This document shows, piece after piece, positions 39,775 to 49,635 of a stretch of DNA of 64,000 nucleotides. The notes below the pieces were generated by a model that had not been told where the DNA came from, made no database searches, and was given only the letters and a program-made list of their open reading frames with translations. The position numbers and the translations under genes are program-made. How positions within the stretch are numbered: position 1 is the first letter of the stretch; each line of letters starts with the position of its first letter. The stretch comes from Thermoanaerobaculia bacterium (GTDB lineage Bacteria; Acidobacteriota; Thermoanaerobaculia; Multivoradales; Multivoraceae): positions 1,280,001 to 1,344,000 of the forward strand of contig OY761158.1 in NCBI GenBank assembly GCA_963664405.1. The letters are read 5' to 3'.

Positions 39775-41250
39775 ATGAAGAGAAAAGACAAGATCGCCGC
39801 GGGACTGAGTGTCGCCACACTGCTGAGCTTGGGCGCCGCCTCGGCCGAGCAGGCCAACGTCGTATTCCTGTTTGCTGACGACCTGGGCTACGGCAGTGTG
39901 TCGTCGTACGGGAGCGACATCCCGACCCCGCATATCGACTCGATCGGGCGCAACGGGGTCCGCTTCACCTCCGGCTATATGACGGCGCCGGTGTGCAATC
40001 CGTCGCGCCACGGCATGATGACCGGCCGCTATCAACAGCGCTGGGGCAAAGAGCTCAACTCGCAGACCGTGATGCCGGTGGGTCAGACCGATCGCCGCGA
40101 CCTACCCCGCGACCAGAAGACGATTGCCAACGGCATGAAGGCGGCGGGGTACAGAACCGGCGCCTTCGGGAAGTGGCAGCTTTCGCTGCGAGACGGCTTC
40201 CACCCGCTCGATCGAGGATTCGACTACTTCGTCGGCATGGAGTCAGGCATGAGTCATGTCGACCCCCGTTGGCCGGATGCCCACGTCGCCCCTCCCCCGG
40301 GGTCCGACACCGTCATCTACTCTTCGGCCGCACTACAAGCAGCCCGGCAGAACCTGGCACCCGACGACACACGCCGCGTTACCGAGGCAGGGCTCAAAGG
40401 TCTCTTCCGCGGACGCGAGCCGGTCGAGCTCGAGGAGCTCTTGACCGAGAGGTTGGCCAACGAGGGCGTCGAGTTCATCGCGCGCAACAAGGATCGACCG
40501 TTCTTTCTCTACCTTCCCTTCTACTCACCGCATTCTCCCATCCAGACCACGGAGAAGTACTACAAGCGCTTCCCGCATATCAAGAACGAGAGCCGGCGTA
40601 TTTATGCCGGGATGATCAGCGCGGTCGACGACGCGGTCGGCGCCGTGCTCGCCAAGCTCCGAGAGGAAGGTCTCGAAGAGACGACTCTGGTCATCTTCGC
40701 CAGCGACAATGGCGCCCAAGAAACTTTCGACATCGGTCATGTGGCCAACCTGCCCTTGATCGGACACAAGCGCAATCTCTACGGAGGCGGCATCCGCATT
40801 CCCTACCTCATGCAATGGAAAGGACGGATTCCCCCGGGCCAGACCTATACTAAGCCGGTCAGCTCACTCGACATCTTCCCCACCTTTCTGGCGGCCGCGG
40901 ACGTGGAAGATGTCAGCCAATACAAGCTGGACGGCGTCAACCTGTTGCCCTATCTCGACGGAACGAATGCTGGAACGCCGCATGAATATCTGTTCTGGCG
41001 CTCAGGGCCTAACCGAGCCGTTCGCCACGGAGAGTGGAAGCTGTTGATAGTCGGATCCGAGATGACGCGCCTCTATAACTCGGACAAGGATCCAAGCGAG
41101 TCGGAGGATATGTCGACGAAGCGACCGGAGCTGGTGCGGAAGATGAAGCAAGCGCACGAGCGGTGGTCGAAAGAGATGGCTCCAGCCCGAGAGTCGTCAC
41201 GGAAAGTCAGAACGAACTACAACCACGATGAGATCGATTGGCACATCTAG
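39775..41250 (+). CDS. Sulfatase, tandem paralog 3
   Basis: Signal peptide, ADDLG, CNPSR; closest to paralog 2. Confidence 0.95.
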   Translation: MKRKDKIAAGLSVATLLSLGAASAEQANVVFLFADDLGYGSVSSYGSDIPTPHIDSIGRNGVRFTSGYMTAPVCNPSRHGMMTGRYQQRWGKELNSQTVMPVGQTDRRDLPRDQKTIANGMKAAGYRTGAFGKWQLSLRDGFHPLDRGFDYFVGMESGMSHVDPRWPDAHVAPPPGSDTVIYSSAALQAARQNLAPDDTRRVTEAGLKGLFRGREPVELEELLTERLANEGVEFIARNKDRPFFLYLPFYSPHSPIQTTEKYYKRFPHIKNESRRIYAGMISAVDDAVGAVLAKLREEGLEETTLVIFASDNGAQETFDIGHVANLPLIGHKRNLYGGGIRIPYLMQWKGRIPPGQTYTKPVSSLDIFPTFLAAADVEDVSQYKLDGVNLLPYLDGTNAGTPHEYLFWRSGPNRAVRHGEWKLLIVGSEMTRLYNSDKDPSESEDMSTKRPELVRKMKQAHERWSKEMAPARESSRKVRTNYNHDEIDWHI

Positions 41251-41390
41251 GCCGGGCGCCCAGGGCACTCCACCTCGACGCGGCTAGGCGCCCCCGTGCT
41301 CGTCGCTCGGCTCGTCGACGTACGCCTCAGTACGCCTCCTCGCCTCGCTCCTGCGCTGCGACGATCTGGGGCACTCTGAACGCCCGGCCA
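41250..41390. repeat. Palindromic REP/MITE-like intergenic element, copy 1
   Basis: GGCCGGGCG...CGCCCGGCC ends, internal GTACG-CCTCA-GTACG; near-identical to 42874-43001. Confidence 0.85.
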
Positions 41391-41403
41391 AAGTGAGCTC
41401 GAC

Positions 41404-42873
41404 GTGAAGAGAACGAACCGAAACGCTGCCGCCCTAGCATCCGCGGCACTGTTGAGCTTCGGCGCTGCGGCGGCTGAGCAGGCCAACGTCGTTTTTCTGT
41501 TCGCGGACGACCTCGGCTATGGCAACGTCTCGTCGTACGGGGGCGATGTCCCGACGCCGCATATCGACTCGATCGGACGCAACGGAGTCCGCTTCACCTC
41601 TGGCTACATGACAGCGCCGGTGTGCAATCCCTCGCGCCACGGAATGATCACGGGTCGCTATCAACAGCGCTGGGGCAAAGAGCTGAATTCTCAGACCGAG
41701 ATGCCTGAGGGGCAGACCTCCCGCGGAGACCTACCCCGCGACCAGAAGACCATCGCCGACGGGATGAGGAAGGCCGGCTACCGCACCGGAGCGTTCGGCA
41801 AGTGGCAACTGTCGTGGAGAGACGGCTTCCACCCGCTGGCTCGCGGATTCGACGACTTCGTCGGCATGATCAGCGGCATGTCCCACCTCGACCCCAACTG
41901 GCCAGACGCACATATCGCTCCCCCCGCCGAGCTTCTCGAGCACGCGCCCGAAGACCCCGAAGTGATCGCCTACATCGCGCGGGCGCGAGAGAATCCCTCC
42001 CGAGCGACCGGTCCACCCAAGGGCCTCTTTCGCGGGCGTGAGCCCATCGAGCTCGAAGAGTACTTGACCGATCAGCTGGCGAATGAGGCTGTGGACTTCA
42101 TTGAGCGAAACAAGGATCGACCGTTCTTTCTCTATCTTCCCTTCTACGCCGTGCATTCCCCCCTGCAAGTGACAGACGACTACTACCAGCGGGCTCCGGA
42201 GTACAGGACCGAGACCCGGCGTATCTTTTCCGGAATGATCACCTCCGTCGACGATGCGGTCGGCAGCGTACTCGCGAAGCTGCGAGAAGCCGGCCTCGAA
42301 GAGAAGACACTGGTGATCTTCGCCAGCGACAATGGGGCCCAAGGGGCCCTCGATGTCGAGGAAGTGAACAACAAACCTCTGCTCGGAGGCAAGCGCCATC
42401 TCTACGAAGGCGGCATCCGGATCCCGTTCGTGATGCAGTGGAAAGGTCGTATTCCCGGTGGTCAGACCTACACCCACCCCATCCACTCTCTCGATATCTT
42501 CCCCACCGCCCTCGCCGCCGCCGGCGAGGAGGATGTGGCGCAATACAAGCTTGACGGCGTCAACCTGCTGCCATACCTGGAAGGAAAGAATACCAGCGCG
42601 CCGCACGAGTATCTGTTCTGGCGATCGGCGCACAACAGCGCCGTGCGTCATGGAGATTGGAAGCTCCTGATGAGCGGCTCCGAGATCACGCGCCTCTACA
42701 ATGTGGAGAAGGATCCAGGCGAATCGAAGGACATGTCGTCAGAGCAGCCGGATCTCGTCCGCAAGATGAAGCAGGCGCACAACCGGTGGTCGAAGGAGAT
42801 GGCCGCGCCCAAAGAGTCCTCGCGCGTCGACACGACGCAGTACAACGGTGACGAGATCGAATGGCACATCTAG
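41404..42873 (+). CDS. Sulfatase, tandem paralog 4
   Basis: Signal peptide, ADDLG, CNPSR. Confidence 0.95.
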   Translation: MKRTNRNAAALASAALLSFGAAAAEQANVVFLFADDLGYGNVSSYGGDVPTPHIDSIGRNGVRFTSGYMTAPVCNPSRHGMITGRYQQRWGKELNSQTEMPEGQTSRGDLPRDQKTIADGMRKAGYRTGAFGKWQLSWRDGFHPLARGFDDFVGMISGMSHLDPNWPDAHIAPPAELLEHAPEDPEVIAYIARARENPSRATGPPKGLFRGREPIELEEYLTDQLANEAVDFIERNKDRPFFLYLPFYAVHSPLQVTDDYYQRAPEYRTETRRIFSGMITSVDDAVGSVLAKLREAGLEEKTLVIFASDNGAQGALDVEEVNNKPLLGGKRHLYEGGIRIPFVMQWKGRIPGGQTYTHPIHSLDIFPTALAAAGEEDVAQYKLDGVNLLPYLEGKNTSAPHEYLFWRSAHNSAVRHGDWKLLMSGSEITRLYNVEKDPGESKDMSSEQPDLVRKMKQAHNRWSKEMAAPKESSRVDTTQYNGDEIEWHI

Positions 42874-43001
42874 GGCCGGGCGTCCAGAGCACCCCACCTC
42901 GCCGCGTGCTCGTCGCTCGGCTCCGTCGACGCACGCCTCAGTACGCCTCCCTCGCCTCGCTCCTGCGCTGCGACGATCTGGGGCACTCTGAACGCCCGGC
43001 C
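42874..43001. repeat. Palindromic REP/MITE-like intergenic element, copy 2
   Basis: As copy 1. Confidence 0.85.
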
Positions 43002-43067
43002 AAGAGAAGGAAGCGGATTGCGGAAGGCCTAGCATTCTCGAATGGCACATCTAAAGAGGAGATATCC

Positions 43068-44375
43068 GTGATTAAGACACTTCATCGTCCGTTTGTCGCC
43101 GTCCTGGTCGCTCTCTTGGCGGTCTCGACCGGCACTTCTCTTTACGGCGGCGCAGCCGCAGATGTCGCGATAGCCCACGATGTCGGCCTTTCCGCCGAGC
43201 GTCTTCTGCGCATCGACCAGGTGGTCCAGCGCGAAATCGCCGCCAAACACATCACGGGAGCTGTCACCCTGGTGGCACGCCGCGGTCACATCGCGCACTT
43301 CAAGGCCCATGGTCTGATGGACATCGAGTCCGGCAAGGCGATGAAGGAGGACACGATCTTTCGGATCGCGTCGATGACCAAGCCGGTGACCGGAGTCGCC
43401 CTTCTGATGCTCGTCGAAGAGGGTAAGGTACGCCTCTCCGACCCGGTGTCGCGCTTCATCCCGGAGTTCCGCGATACCAAGGTCGCGATACCCATCTCGA
43501 AGCCAGCGCCTAAGGCATCACCGTCGAGGTCGGATTCGGAAAAGGCGAAGCCCGAGATCTATACCGTGCCGGCCGACCGAGAGGTGACGGTGCGAGATCT
43601 GATGACCCACACCTCCGGGCTGGTCAGTGGTGGCGCCGGAGCCGCGGAGGCCAACCTGGTCGCCCCCCGCAAGTCGACCGACAATCTCGCCGGTTGGGCC
43701 GCAGCACTCGGCGCCGCGCCGCTCGATTTCCAGCCGGGGAGCCGGTGGGCCTACAGTGGGCTCGCAGGCATCGACGTCTTGGCCCGCGTAGTCGAAGTGG
43801 CTTCGGGACTGACCTTCGACAACTACCTCAGAGAGCGGATCTTCGAGCCTCTGGGGATGAAAGACACCAGCTTCGTGGTCAGCGAAGACAAGAAACACCG
43901 CCTGGTGACGATCTACCGGAGGACGCCGGAAGGGCTCGATCTGCTCCCGGAACCAGAGTGGGTCGCCACCACGACGCTTTTCTCCGGCGGCGGCGGCCTG
44001 CGGTCGACTGCCCATGACTATGCGCGCTTCGCGATGATGCTGGTCAACAACGGCGAGCTCGACGGTAAGCGCCTGCTGGGGTCGCGGACGGTCGACCTGA
44101 TGGCCTCCAACCACGTGGGTGATCTCTTTGGGAAGCAGCAGCGCACGGGTGGTCGATCGGGGAAGGGCTTCGGGCTTACTGTCGACGTCGTGCTCGATTC
44201 GGTGGCAGCCCAGGAACATCGCTCGACCGGGAGTTTCGGATGGGGCGGCGCCTTCGGCACCAACTTCTGGGTCGACCGCAAAGAAGACATGATCGGAGTA
44301 CTGATGGTCCAAACACCAGGAGGGTCGCTGCGTGCCGACTTCCAGAATGCCGTGATGCAGGCGATCGTCGACTAG
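43068..44375 (+). CDS. Serine hydrolase, beta-lactamase class C-like family
   Basis: FRIASMTK, LMTHTSG, WAYS, WGGAFGT; GAGGAG RBS before GTG. Confidence 0.92.
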   Translation: MIKTLHRPFVAVLVALLAVSTGTSLYGGAAADVAIAHDVGLSAERLLRIDQVVQREIAAKHITGAVTLVARRGHIAHFKAHGLMDIESGKAMKEDTIFRIASMTKPVTGVALLMLVEEGKVRLSDPVSRFIPEFRDTKVAIPISKPAPKASPSRSDSEKAKPEIYTVPADREVTVRDLMTHTSGLVSGGAGAAEANLVAPRKSTDNLAGWAAALGAAPLDFQPGSRWAYSGLAGIDVLARVVEVASGLTFDNYLRERIFEPLGMKDTSFVVSEDKKHRLVTIYRRTPEGLDLLPEPEWVATTTLFSGGGGLRSTAHDYARFAMMLVNNGELDGKRLLGSRTVDLMASNHVGDLFGKQQRTGGRSGKGFGLTVDVVLDSVAAQEHRSTGSFGWGGAFGTNFWVDRKEDMIGVLMVQTPGGSLRADFQNAVMQAIVD

Positions 44376-44459
44376 GACATGCGCCGCTTTTACGTTTCTT
44401 ACAGAATCCTTACCCCTAGCTGAAGACGCCGAGTCCCCGGCTGGGTAGGATTCCGAGCT

Positions 44460-46559
44460 ATGAGCGCTAGAACCCGGACCAGGTCGTCGACGAGCGGGGC
44501 CACGCTCCGCAGCGCCACCCTCCTTCTGGCGCTCTCCCTAGGCGCCCTGCGCACGAGCGCCGGCGAGCTTGCTCTGCCCTGGAGCGAGGCCGGCCTCTCT
44601 GAGCGCCAAGCTGCCGCCCACCTGCTGGACCGCTTCGCTTTCGGCGCCCGACCGGGTGAGGTCGACCAAGTCGTAGAGATGGGCCTCGAGGCCTGGCTCG
44701 AGCAACAGCTAGCGGCCGACCTGCCCGATCCGGTCGTCGAGGCACGACTCGAAGGCTTTCACACCCTGGGCATGTCAGCGATCGAGCTGAAGCGAACCTA
44801 TCCGATCTTCTTTCGAATCCGTCGCCAGGCTGAGCAAGCCGGCGTCATCTCCCCCTCTCAAGAACCCGTCCCAGGGAGCGGGGCGCCCTCGGGTATGGCC
44901 GCGGGCCAGACCGCCGGATCCGCCAGACCGAACCGGGCCGAAATGCGAAAGATCTTCGAGTTCGCCGACAACCGTGGCTACCGGCCGCTCCCCGAGCTGA
45001 CCGATGAGCTCACCAGTCAGAAGCTCTACCGCGCGCTCTACTCCGAGAACCAACTCCGTGAAGTGCTGACCGATTTCTGGTTCAACCACTTCAATGTGTC
45101 GATAACAGACACCGACGCGCGGCCCTACGTAGTCGCGTACGAGCGGGACGCAATCCGACCGAAAGTGTTGGGGAGCTTTGAGGAGTTGCTAGTGGCCACC
45201 GCTCAGCACCCGGCGATGCTCGAGTATCTGGACAACACCAACTCGGTGGCCAACGAGGGAACGAAGACACTGGAACGACCCCAGTCAGGGCGCCGGGCGA
45301 TGGGGCGCGGAGGCATGCAGGGTTTCGGAGGCCGAGGTGGCCCGGCGGCCGGACTGGGCCGCGACACCCGCGGCAGCGGCGGGATGGCGGGCAGCGGCGG
45401 TCTCCCCAACGATCCTGAGCTCCGCCGCATTATCGAAGAGCGGCGCCCACGGGGTCTCAACGAAAACTATGCACGCGAGCTGATGGAGCTCCACACCTTA
45501 GGGGTCGACGGCGGTTATTCGCAAACGGACGTCATCGAGACCGCCAGAGCGTTCACTGGCTGGACGACGTACCCGGAGGGACCTCGAGGCGATGTGCTCA
45601 AAGCACGCGCATCCAGACTCCGCCCGGGCGAGCCGACCAACGGTTTCGTGTTCGGGGAGTCGTTCTTGTTTCGACCTGATGCACACGACGCCGAGAAGAA
45701 GACGATCCTCGGGCGGAAATACCCCGCCGGCCACGGCGTGGAAGAAGGGCTTCGGGTACTCGAGACGCTGTCGAATCATCCCTCTACAGCACGGCAGATC
45801 GCAGGCAAGCTCGCCGTCCGCTTCGTTTCCGATCAACCTTCAGAGAGCCTGGTCGATCGCCTCGCGGACCGCTTCATCGCGACCGGAGGGGACCTGGCGC
45901 AGATGGTTCTAGCTGTTGCTGAGTCTCCCGAGTTTTGGAGCTCGGAGTCGCGGCGCAGCAAGATCAAGTCGCCCTTCGAGCTCGCGGTCTCTGCGCTCCG
46001 TGGCCTCGGGGCCGAGGTCGAACATCCATACGCGGTGATCGAGTGGGTCGAGAAGATGGGCCAACCGCTATACGCCTTTCAGGCGCCCACCGGATATCCC
46101 GATCGGGCCGACGCCTGGGTGAACACCGGCGCACTTCTCGCCCGGATGAACTTCGGGCTGCAGCTGGCGACGAAGCGCATTCCCGGCGTGCACTTCGAGT
46201 TGGCAGCGCTCAACGAGAATCGAGAACCGGAGACTCCGACCGGAGCGCTCGAGACCTATCTCGGACTCTTAGTGCCGGGCCGAGACTCCTCCGAGACGAG
46301 AAGGCAGTTGGCCTCGGTGATCGCCGACCCCGAGCTCGCCACCAAGATCGAGGCGGCCGCGGCGGAGAGCTCGCCCGCTCCCCAGAGCAACGAAGCTCGG
46401 ATGGCGGCGCGCCGGAATGAGCGTCCATCGCCGGGCCAGGGCGGCGGACGAGGCGGCTGGTATCGGCGGCCCCATATCGCGCCAGTTGCGCCGGACACGA
46501 GCACTCTCGCTCACGTGGTTGGGGTCATTCTCGGGTCCCCCGAGTACCAGAGACGGTAG
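44460..46559 (+). CDS. DUF1800 protein
   Basis: QLREVLTDFWFNHFNV, NENYARELMELHTLG, SPEYQRR. Confidence 0.93.
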   Translation: MSARTRTRSSTSGATLRSATLLLALSLGALRTSAGELALPWSEAGLSERQAAAHLLDRFAFGARPGEVDQVVEMGLEAWLEQQLAADLPDPVVEARLEGFHTLGMSAIELKRTYPIFFRIRRQAEQAGVISPSQEPVPGSGAPSGMAAGQTAGSARPNRAEMRKIFEFADNRGYRPLPELTDELTSQKLYRALYSENQLREVLTDFWFNHFNVSITDTDARPYVVAYERDAIRPKVLGSFEELLVATAQHPAMLEYLDNTNSVANEGTKTLERPQSGRRAMGRGGMQGFGGRGGPAAGLGRDTRGSGGMAGSGGLPNDPELRRIIEERRPRGLNENYARELMELHTLGVDGGYSQTDVIETARAFTGWTTYPEGPRGDVLKARASRLRPGEPTNGFVFGESFLFRPDAHDAEKKTILGRKYPAGHGVEEGLRVLETLSNHPSTARQIAGKLAVRFVSDQPSESLVDRLADRFIATGGDLAQMVLAVAESPEFWSSESRRSKIKSPFELAVSALRGLGAEVEHPYAVIEWVEKMGQPLYAFQAPTGYPDRADAWVNTGALLARMNFGLQLATKRIPGVHFELAALNENREPETPTGALETYLGLLVPGRDSSETRRQLASVIADPELATKIEAAAAESSPAPQSNEARMAARRNERPSPGQGGGRGGWYRRPHIAPVAPDTSTLAHVVGVILGSPEYQRR

Positions 46560-46574
46560 AGAAGGAGCTGCAAA

Positions 46575-47846
46575 ATGATTGATCGAAGAGCCTTCCTCAA
46601 AGCGAGTGGCCTCAGTGTGGTCACCTTCGGCGCTGGGCCTGAGTTTCTTACTCGTGCCGCTCTCGCCGCCGAGGAGCCCGGCCATTGGGGTCGCCAAAAG
46701 ACCCTGGTGACGATCTTTCAGCGCGGCGCGATGGATGCCCTGATGGCGGTGCCACCTCTCGATCCAGCCTCAGAGAAAGTGCTCAAAAAACTGCGACCGA
46801 GGCTGGCGATGTCCGCGGCGCGGAGCGCCGGAGAAGGGCAGATTGTCGATCTCGAGTCGGGGTTTGGGCTGCACCCGGCGTTTGGAGAGCTGCACTCCTT
46901 GTGGAAGGACCGGAGACTGACGATCGTCCACGCCGTGGGATCACCCGACCCGACGCGATCTCACTTCGACGCTCAGGACTATATGGAGACCGCAACCCCG
47001 GGTCGCAAGGGAACCCCTTCGGGTTGGCTCAACCGAGCGGTCGGGGAGCTCGGCCACGAGGGAAGCCCTTTTCGAGCGGTCGCGATGACCTCGGCGATGC
47101 CTCGCTCGCTCTACGGTGAGCAGTCGGCGGTAGCCGTGACCGACCTCGCGAGCTTCAGGGTCAACATACCCGGTGCGAGCCGAGCCGCCTCTGTTGTGGG
47201 ACAGGGCTTCGAGGCCCTTTACGGAGACGCCTCTCAGGACCTGTTGCGAGACGCGGGCCGAGACACTTTCGAGGCGACCGAGATGCTGCAGCGCCTCGAC
47301 GTCTCGGCCTACCGACCGGCCCGGGATGCTCGATATCCCCGATCGCCGTTGGGAGATGCCCTGAAGCAGATTGCGTTCCTGGTGAAGTCGAAGGTGGGCC
47401 TGGAGGTGGCCTTTGCCGAGTCGCTCGGTTGGGACACCCACATCCAGCAGGGGGCTCAGTTCGGTTCCTTCTCCCAGCGATCACAGGACCTTGCGGCCGC
47501 CATCGCGGCCTTCTGGACCGACCTCGGGTCCCATCAGGATGACGTGGTGGTGATGACCATGACCGAGTTCGGACGGACGGTTAGAGAGAACGGGTCGGCT
47601 GGTACCGATCATGGCCACGGCTCCTGCCTCTTTGTCCTCGGCAACGACGTCGCCGGCGGCAGGGTCCATGGCGAGCTCCCCGGCCTCGACCCCGATGTGC
47701 TCTACGAAGGCAGGGATCTACCTGTCACCACAGACTTTCGCTCGGTATTCTCGGAGGTAGCGGCGAAACATCTGGGAGTCACCAACAGGGCGACGCTCTT
47801 CCCCGGTTGGCAGGGTGAGCCGATTCCGCTGTGGCGCAAGGCCTGA
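46575..47846 (+). CDS. DUF1501 protein with Tat signal
   Basis: DRRAFLK, RSHFDAQD, GWDTH, TEFGRT, GTDHG. Confidence 0.93.
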   Translation: MIDRRAFLKASGLSVVTFGAGPEFLTRAALAAEEPGHWGRQKTLVTIFQRGAMDALMAVPPLDPASEKVLKKLRPRLAMSAARSAGEGQIVDLESGFGLHPAFGELHSLWKDRRLTIVHAVGSPDPTRSHFDAQDYMETATPGRKGTPSGWLNRAVGELGHEGSPFRAVAMTSAMPRSLYGEQSAVAVTDLASFRVNIPGASRAASVVGQGFEALYGDASQDLLRDAGRDTFEATEMLQRLDVSAYRPARDARYPRSPLGDALKQIAFLVKSKVGLEVAFAESLGWDTHIQQGAQFGSFSQRSQDLAAAIAAFWTDLGSHQDDVVVMTMTEFGRTVRENGSAGTDHGHGSCLFVLGNDVAGGRVHGELPGLDPDVLYEGRDLPVTTDFRSVFSEVAAKHLGVTNRATLFPGWQGEPIPLWRKA

Positions 47847-47961
47847 TTCGGTCGAAGCAACTGGGACTTGACCAGGGAGTGGCCGTAGGTCTCGAGATCG
47901 TTGTTGCGGTCGTCGATGGCGGGGTAAGATGCCCCCGCTCAAAACCACTAGGGGGGATTCG

Positions 47962-49629
47962 ATGAACGCCGCTTTCGTCGCAGCTATAGTCCTTGTGCTC
48001 TTCGTGCTGGCATACCGGTACTACTCCGGCTTTCTGACCCGGAAGATCTTCAAGCTCAGCGCCGACGAGCCGGTCCCGGCTCGGGAGCTCGAAGACGGCT
48101 TCGACTTCGTTCCGACCCGCGCCACCGTCTTGTGGGGCCACCACTTCACCTCGATCGCGGGCGCCGCCCCAATCGTCGGCCCCGCCCTCGCGGTCATCTG
48201 GGGCTGGGTCCCGGCCCTCATCTGGGTCGTCATCGGCACCATCGCGATGGGCGCGGTTCATGACTTCTCGGCGCTGGTCATCAGCCTGCGCCACCAGGGA
48301 CGCTCGATCGGCGACATCACCGGCGATGTCATCGGGCCGCGCGCCCGCACCTTCTTCATGCTGATCATCGTGGTGCTGATCTGGATCGTTCTCGCTGTCT
48401 TCGCGTTCATCATCGGCACCCTCTTCGTCAGTTATCCCGCCGCCATCTTCCCGATCAACGTCCAGATCGTGGTCGCCGTGACCCTGGGCTGGCTGATCTA
48501 TCGCCGTGGTATTCCGCTGCTGGCGCCTTCGCTGGTTGCCTTCGCGGTTCTCTTGGTCGCCGTCTTCTTCGGCCAGACGGTGGCCGACGCCTTCCCAGCG
48601 CTCACCGAGATCCCCGTAAGCGGCTGGGTGTGGATCCTGATGATCTACTCCTTCATCGCTTCTGTTCTGCCGGTGTGGCTACTGCTGCAGCCGCGCGACT
48701 ACCTCAATTCCCATCAACTGATCACCGGCCTCACCCTCCTCATCATCGGGCTTTTCGTCCTCCAGCCGACGATCGCCGCGCCGGCGTTCAATCTCAAGCC
48801 TGAAGGCTCGCCCCCCCTGCTGCCCTTCTTGTTCATCACTATCGCCTGCGGCGCGATCTCCGGCTTTCACGGCCTCGTCTCGTCCGGAACAACGTCGAAG
48901 CAGATCGCCTGCATGACCGACGCACGCCCGATCGGCTATGGCGGGATGCTGGGCGAGGGAGCCCTGGCGATGTTGGCGGTGATGGCGACGACGGCGGGCT
49001 TTGCCACTCGCGCCGAGTGGTCCTCGCACTACGCCAGCTGGGGGGCGGCAGGCAGTCTGTCGAAGAAGCTCGAGGCCTTTGTCAACGGCGGCGCCCGCTT
49101 TGTTTCCGAACTCGGCATACCGGTCGAGCTCGCGGCGACCTTCATCGCCGTCATGGTGGTCGCGTTCGCTGCCACCACCCTCGATACAGGGGCGCGCATC
49201 CTGCGTCTCGTGATCGTCGAGCTCGCCACTTCGAGCGGCTTCAAACCACTGCAGAATCGCTTCGCCGCCGCCGGGCTCGGAGTCGGCGCAGCACTTCTGC
49301 TTGCGGTCACCCAGGCGGGCGGGCAGGGCGGGCTCGCTCTGTGGCCACTCTTCGGAACTACGAATCAGCTCACGGCTGCCGCGACTCTGCTGGTCGTATC
49401 GCTCTGGCTCCGCCAGCGCAAGGCCAATTTTCTCTATACCCTGGTGCCGGCGGCTTTCGTCGGTGTCGTCACCATCGGAGCCATGGTGCGCGAGGTGGTC
49501 GGTCACCTCAACGGTGGAAATTACCTTCTGTTGGTCGTGGGCTCGGTGATTCTGCTTCTCGACCTGTGGGTGATGCTCGAAGGCATCCGTCTCTTTTCGA
49601 AGCCAGCGATTCCAGCGCCCACGGCTTGA
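47962..49629 (+). CDS. cstA: Carbon starvation protein A family transporter
   Basis: GHHFTSIAGAAPIVGP, LLQPRDYLN, IACGAISGFH, WPLFGTTNQL. Confidence 0.95.
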   Translation: MNAAFVAAIVLVLFVLAYRYYSGFLTRKIFKLSADEPVPARELEDGFDFVPTRATVLWGHHFTSIAGAAPIVGPALAVIWGWVPALIWVVIGTIAMGAVHDFSALVISLRHQGRSIGDITGDVIGPRARTFFMLIIVVLIWIVLAVFAFIIGTLFVSYPAAIFPINVQIVVAVTLGWLIYRRGIPLLAPSLVAFAVLLVAVFFGQTVADAFPALTEIPVSGWVWILMIYSFIASVLPVWLLLQPRDYLNSHQLITGLTLLIIGLFVLQPTIAAPAFNLKPEGSPPLLPFLFITIACGAISGFHGLVSSGTTSKQIACMTDARPIGYGGMLGEGALAMLAVMATTAGFATRAEWSSHYASWGAAGSLSKKLEAFVNGGARFVSELGIPVELAATFIAVMVVAFAATTLDTGARILRLVIVELATSSGFKPLQNRFAAAGLGVGAALLLAVTQAGGQGGLALWPLFGTTNQLTAAATLLVVSLWLRQRKANFLYTLVPAAFVGVVTIGAMVREVVGHLNGGNYLLLVVGSVILLLDLWVMLEGIRLFSKPAIPAPTA

Positions 49630-49635
49630 GCCAGC

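Noticed and set aside
42861-43067. N-terminal extension of the serine hydrolase ORF
   Set aside because: It translates the palindromic repeat; an RBS and GTG at 43068 precede a signal peptide
43068-44375. Antibiotic-resistance beta-lactamase
   Set aside because: Motifs fit the broad esterase/serine hydrolase family; no evidence for beta-lactam specificity
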